Made by a program: the position numbers and the translations under genes. The notes beneath the pieces were generated by a model. That model was not told the origin of the DNA, did no database searches, and saw only the letters and a program-made list of their open reading frames with translations. Shown here piece by piece: positions 50,205-52,556 of a DNA stretch of 52,556 nucleotides. Location of the stretch: assembly GCA_028867285.1 (NCBI GenBank), contig JAGWGP010000001.1:1-52556 (forward strand), read 5' to 3'. Positions within the stretch are counted from its first letter, which is position 1. Each line of letters begins with the position of its first letter. Origin of the DNA: Candidatus Micrarchaeota archaeon (GTDB lineage Archaea > Micrarchaeota > Micrarchaeia > Micrarchaeales > Micrarchaeaceae).

Positions 50205-52199
50205 TTATGCCAGCCCCTTTCTCCTGTGGATCTCCAGGGATATCCTCCAGGAGGCTATTATGGCGAGTATTCCGGCCACTATTATACCTATGACCAGCGG
50301 AGTCAGGAAGCTGAGGTAGGCGTATCCGCCCTCGGAGACGGACACGCGCTCCGCCATGCCGAAGTACCTTGCCGTGCCGTTCACCTGCCCGTACGGCACC
50401 TGGGCGAAGTTTAGCATGCCATCAGCCCCGGTGTAGCCGTTGTACGTCGAGCCGTTCTTGAATAGCAGGCTCACGCTGGCGTTCAGGGCGGTGCCAACAA
50501 GCGACTTTGTGACTATGGTCACGTTGTACACCCTTGTGCTGAAGGCCATCGCCCCAGATCCGCCCGGAATGAAAACGTGATTGGCCAGCACCCTCGCACC
50601 CTTGTAATAGACATATTGCAGGTTGTAGCTCCTGTTGGCGAACAGGTAAGCCCCACCGCTGCCAACTGTCTGGCCGCTTATGTTGTACGACGCAGGGCCC
50701 TGCAGCAGATTTCCGTATGCGTCATACGCCACAGGCACGACCAGGTACTGCTGCCCGAATATCGCGTTCAGGAATACCGGCTGCCTCACCCGTATCGACA
50801 GATTGGGAGTGGTGTTCCCGTTGCTCCATTGGCTGAAGCCAAGCGCGGTCCCGTTGCTGGTCGGCACGAAAGCGGTACTCAGCCTTATCTGGGCCGTGGA
50901 GTTGGCGTCGTACCATCCGGAGCCGCTTGCGTTGCCGTAGGCCGTTGTCGCGTTCACCATGTATTGTGTATTCCAGAAGAGGGTGACGTTCTGCGGCGCG
51001 GACGCTGTGAACTGCAGCGTGGGCGACGTGCTTCCGCCGCTCCAGTGGCTGAACACGACCCTCTTCCCGTAGCCGGTCCCTATCACAGTAGCATTGAGGC
51101 TCAGGCTAACCGTGGAGTTGGCGTCGTACCAGCCCCCGCCCCTGACCGAGTCGTAGGAGGAGAGTGTCCCTATGTAATACTGCCTCTGCCACAGCGCTGT
51201 CTCCCTGACGTTTCCGTTCATGACCACCGTGGCGTTCCTCTGCGTTCCCGTGTAGGAACCCGCGCCGCTCCCAGCCCATCCAGCGAAGACCTCCCTGACG
51301 CCGCTGCTGGAGTTGACCAGCTGAGGTGCGCTTATCTGGATTGCCGAGTACGCCGAATAATTGTTCATGGACGTGATATTGCCCCACTGGCTCTGCAGCT
51401 GGAGGTTGTAACCCAGGCTCCAGAGCTTGACGTCCGCCTGTGTGGGCAGGCCAGACCCGACCACGAAGTAGTTTATGAGGCTGCCCACCTCCTTCACTCC
51501 GTAAGTGTTGGGCAGCGCCTCAAGGCTTCCCTTCCCATAACCAGAATAGGACATCGCATCGGGCACGTACTTGTACGTTGCGCCGTCGTAGAACTTGAGG
51601 TCCCTGAAACCTACGAGTGAAAGGCCCTGCGTATTTGTGTTCGTGTCCGCAATCTCGCCGAGAGCAGATGGGGGATTTGCCCCGGAGCTGCCGGTTCCAA
51701 GGTCCACGCTGCCTACCGTCTGGTTGTTGAGGTAGACCGTCCAGACGTTGCCGCTTGAGCTGAAGGAGTAGGTGTTGTAGGTCCCATTATCGCCCACCGA
51801 CCCGCTTGCCCCTATTCCTCCGAGGAAGCTGTTGCCATTATAGCCTGCGGGGAAGTACTCCCAGAACCACGTGGGGGTGCCTGCAGAGAGGAAGGTGCTG
51901 CCAACGCATCCCGATATCGTGCACGTCGTCGGGTAGTAGCCGCTGCTGTTCGTTATCTCGTAGCCCGCCTGTATGAAAGCCCCGTTGCTGAGGTCCTCCC
52001 CTATCCAGAAGCCGAGCGAGCCCGTCGATATGTTCTGGTACACTGTCTGTATGCCGGCGCTGACGCCGTGGTTCTGCGATGACGTATAGGTCCCGGTGGC
52101 GCCGCTCTGGAACCAGTACTGCGCATCCACCAGCGACGGCATGCAACTGACCAGAACCATAACCGCAAGGAGCCTCCACGCCCCCCTATACCCTATCAT
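50205..52199 (-). CDS. secreted, C-terminally anchored surface protein: concanavalin-like (possibly glutamic-peptidase G1-like) N-domain + tandem about 72-aa B-repeat-like modules
   Basis: Signal peptide (WRLLAVMVLVSCMPSLVDA). The N-domain has FWIGEDLSNGAFIQAGY / WFWEYFP / ALGEIAD blocks. Repeats have the pattern GxGWYDANST...F(S)xWS(G/N)G. C-terminal TM is LVIGIIVAGILAIIASW. Confidence 0.65.
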   Translation of the reverse strand: MIGYRGAWRLLAVMVLVSCMPSLVDAQYWFQSGATGTYTSSQNHGVSAGIQTVYQNISTGSLGFWIGEDLSNGAFIQAGYEITNSSGYYPTTCTISGCVGSTFLSAGTPTWFWEYFPAGYNGNSFLGGIGASGSVGDNGTYNTYSFSSSGNVWTVYLNNQTVGSVDLGTGSSGANPPSALGEIADTNTNTQGLSLVGFRDLKFYDGATYKYVPDAMSYSGYGKGSLEALPNTYGVKEVGSLINYFVVGSGLPTQADVKLWSLGYNLQLQSQWGNITSMNNYSAYSAIQISAPQLVNSSSGVREVFAGWAGSGAGSYTGTQRNATVVMNGNVRETALWQRQYYIGTLSSYDSVRGGGWYDANSTVSLSLNATVIGTGYGKRVVFSHWSGGSTSPTLQFTASAPQNVTLFWNTQYMVNATTAYGNASGSGWYDANSTAQIRLSTAFVPTSNGTALGFSQWSNGNTTPNLSIRVRQPVFLNAIFGQQYLVVPVAYDAYGNLLQGPASYNISGQTVGSGGAYLFANRSYNLQYVYYKGARVLANHVFIPGGSGAMAFSTRVYNVTIVTKSLVGTALNASVSLLFKNGSTYNGYTGADGMLNFAQVPYGQVNGTARYFGMAERVSVSEGGYAYLSFLTPLVIGIIVAGILAIIASWRISLEIHRRKGLA
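50894..51131. repeat. 22-nt exact direct repeat (CCGTGGAGTTGGCGTCGTACCA) at 50894..50915 and 51110..51131, marking tandem 216-nt (72-aa) domain repeats inside the surface-protein gene
   Basis: Both copies were read directly. They encode the WYDANST core of successive repeat modules on the minus strand. Confidence 0.8.
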
Positions 52200-52556
52200 A
52201 ATCGATCCCGAGCTCCTCCAGGCGCCTGATTACCATTTCCCTATCAGGACCTTTTATACTTTTCCATTCAACCACGGCCCTCTCCACGGCGACATCCGAA
52301 CACTCCACCGCACTGGCAATCATGTCGGTATTGATCGCGTAGTTTGGCATCATGTGGCCGAAGGCGTACCTGCCCTCTACCGCCAGGCGCGTGAACTTGC
52401 GCGGGTAGTGTGTGCCCCCTATACCTATCGCGACCTTATCGTACTCTGCCTCAAATCCGTTTTCCAACGCCCCGGCTATGGCCGAGGCGAGCATCTTGCG
52501 GTTCTGCAAGCTGCCTGCGAAACCGGGGTTGCCGCCAAGCTCCACGAACAGCGAGG
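52186..52556 (-). CDS. dtdA: D-aminoacyl-tRNA deacylase, archaeal type (DtdA); N-terminus lies beyond the window end
   Basis: The C-terminal part ...ELGGNPGF...IGIGGTHYPRKFT...GHMMPNY... matches the DtdA (PF04414) family. The frame is open to the window edge, and the stop overlaps the start of the downstream surface-protein gene by 14 nt. Confidence 0.8.
   Translation of the reverse strand, partial: SLFVELGGNPGFAGSLQNRKMLASAIAGALENGFEAEYDKVAIGIGGTHYPRKFTRLAVEGRYAFGHMMPNYAINTDMIASAVECSDVAVERAVVEWKSIKGPDREMVIRRLEELGIDYDRV

Noticed and set aside
1-52556. CRISPR arrays, IS elements, inteins, prophage genes
   Set aside because: No regularly spaced direct repeats were seen and there are no transposase or integrase-like ORFs. 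GyrA/GyrB, RadA, PCNA and Lhr have canonical lengths without insertions. The only DNA repeats noted are intragenic domain repeats (50894/51110) and short hairpins.

Overview
Gene-dense archaeal chromosomal window (about 52.6 kb, coding on both strands) dominated by information-processing genes. It holds a truncated S10-type ribosomal operon (uL3-uL4-uL23-uL2-uS19-uL22-uS3) that runs straight into the oligosaccharyltransferase AglB. Other recognisable genes are eL15 with KEOPS Pcc1, GINS-eL42(L44e)-aIF2alpha-PAC2, PCNA, PriL, RadA, TFE, gyrase GyrB/GyrA, an Lhr-type helicase, tRNA-splicing endonuclease, diphthine synthase, aTrm56, RNase P Rpp21 and DtdA. There are five tRNA genes (Pro-CGG, Ile-UAU, Met-CAU, Gly-CCC, Lys-CUU), all intron-less by eye and none encoding CCA. 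An orphan 5S rRNA gene lies under the spurious N-terminal extension of ORF 3743..4423. Several Thr/Asn-rich, membrane-anchored surface proteins and a set of unknowns are also present. ATA/AGG/AAG-biased codon usage, tRNA-Ile(UAU), a three-unit splicing endonuclease and an unlinked 5S suggest a small-genome DPANN/Micrarchaeota-like or Thermoplasmata-like lineage; this is inference, not proven. The best candidate for an undescribed system is the tight three-gene operon 31496..33422. Its first protein fuses a DUF5615/Mut7-C-type PIN-like nuclease domain to a ProRS-type anticodon-binding domain and an unknown C-terminal half, followed by two small helical unknowns. Other leads are a PriL with only three cysteines translationally coupled to a 47-aa eight-ligand Cys/His miniprotein, a codon-atypical two-gene cassette beside tRNA-Lys, and a protein that appears to carry four tandem AbrB/SpoVT-like repeats. 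No CRISPR array, transposase or integrase was seen.
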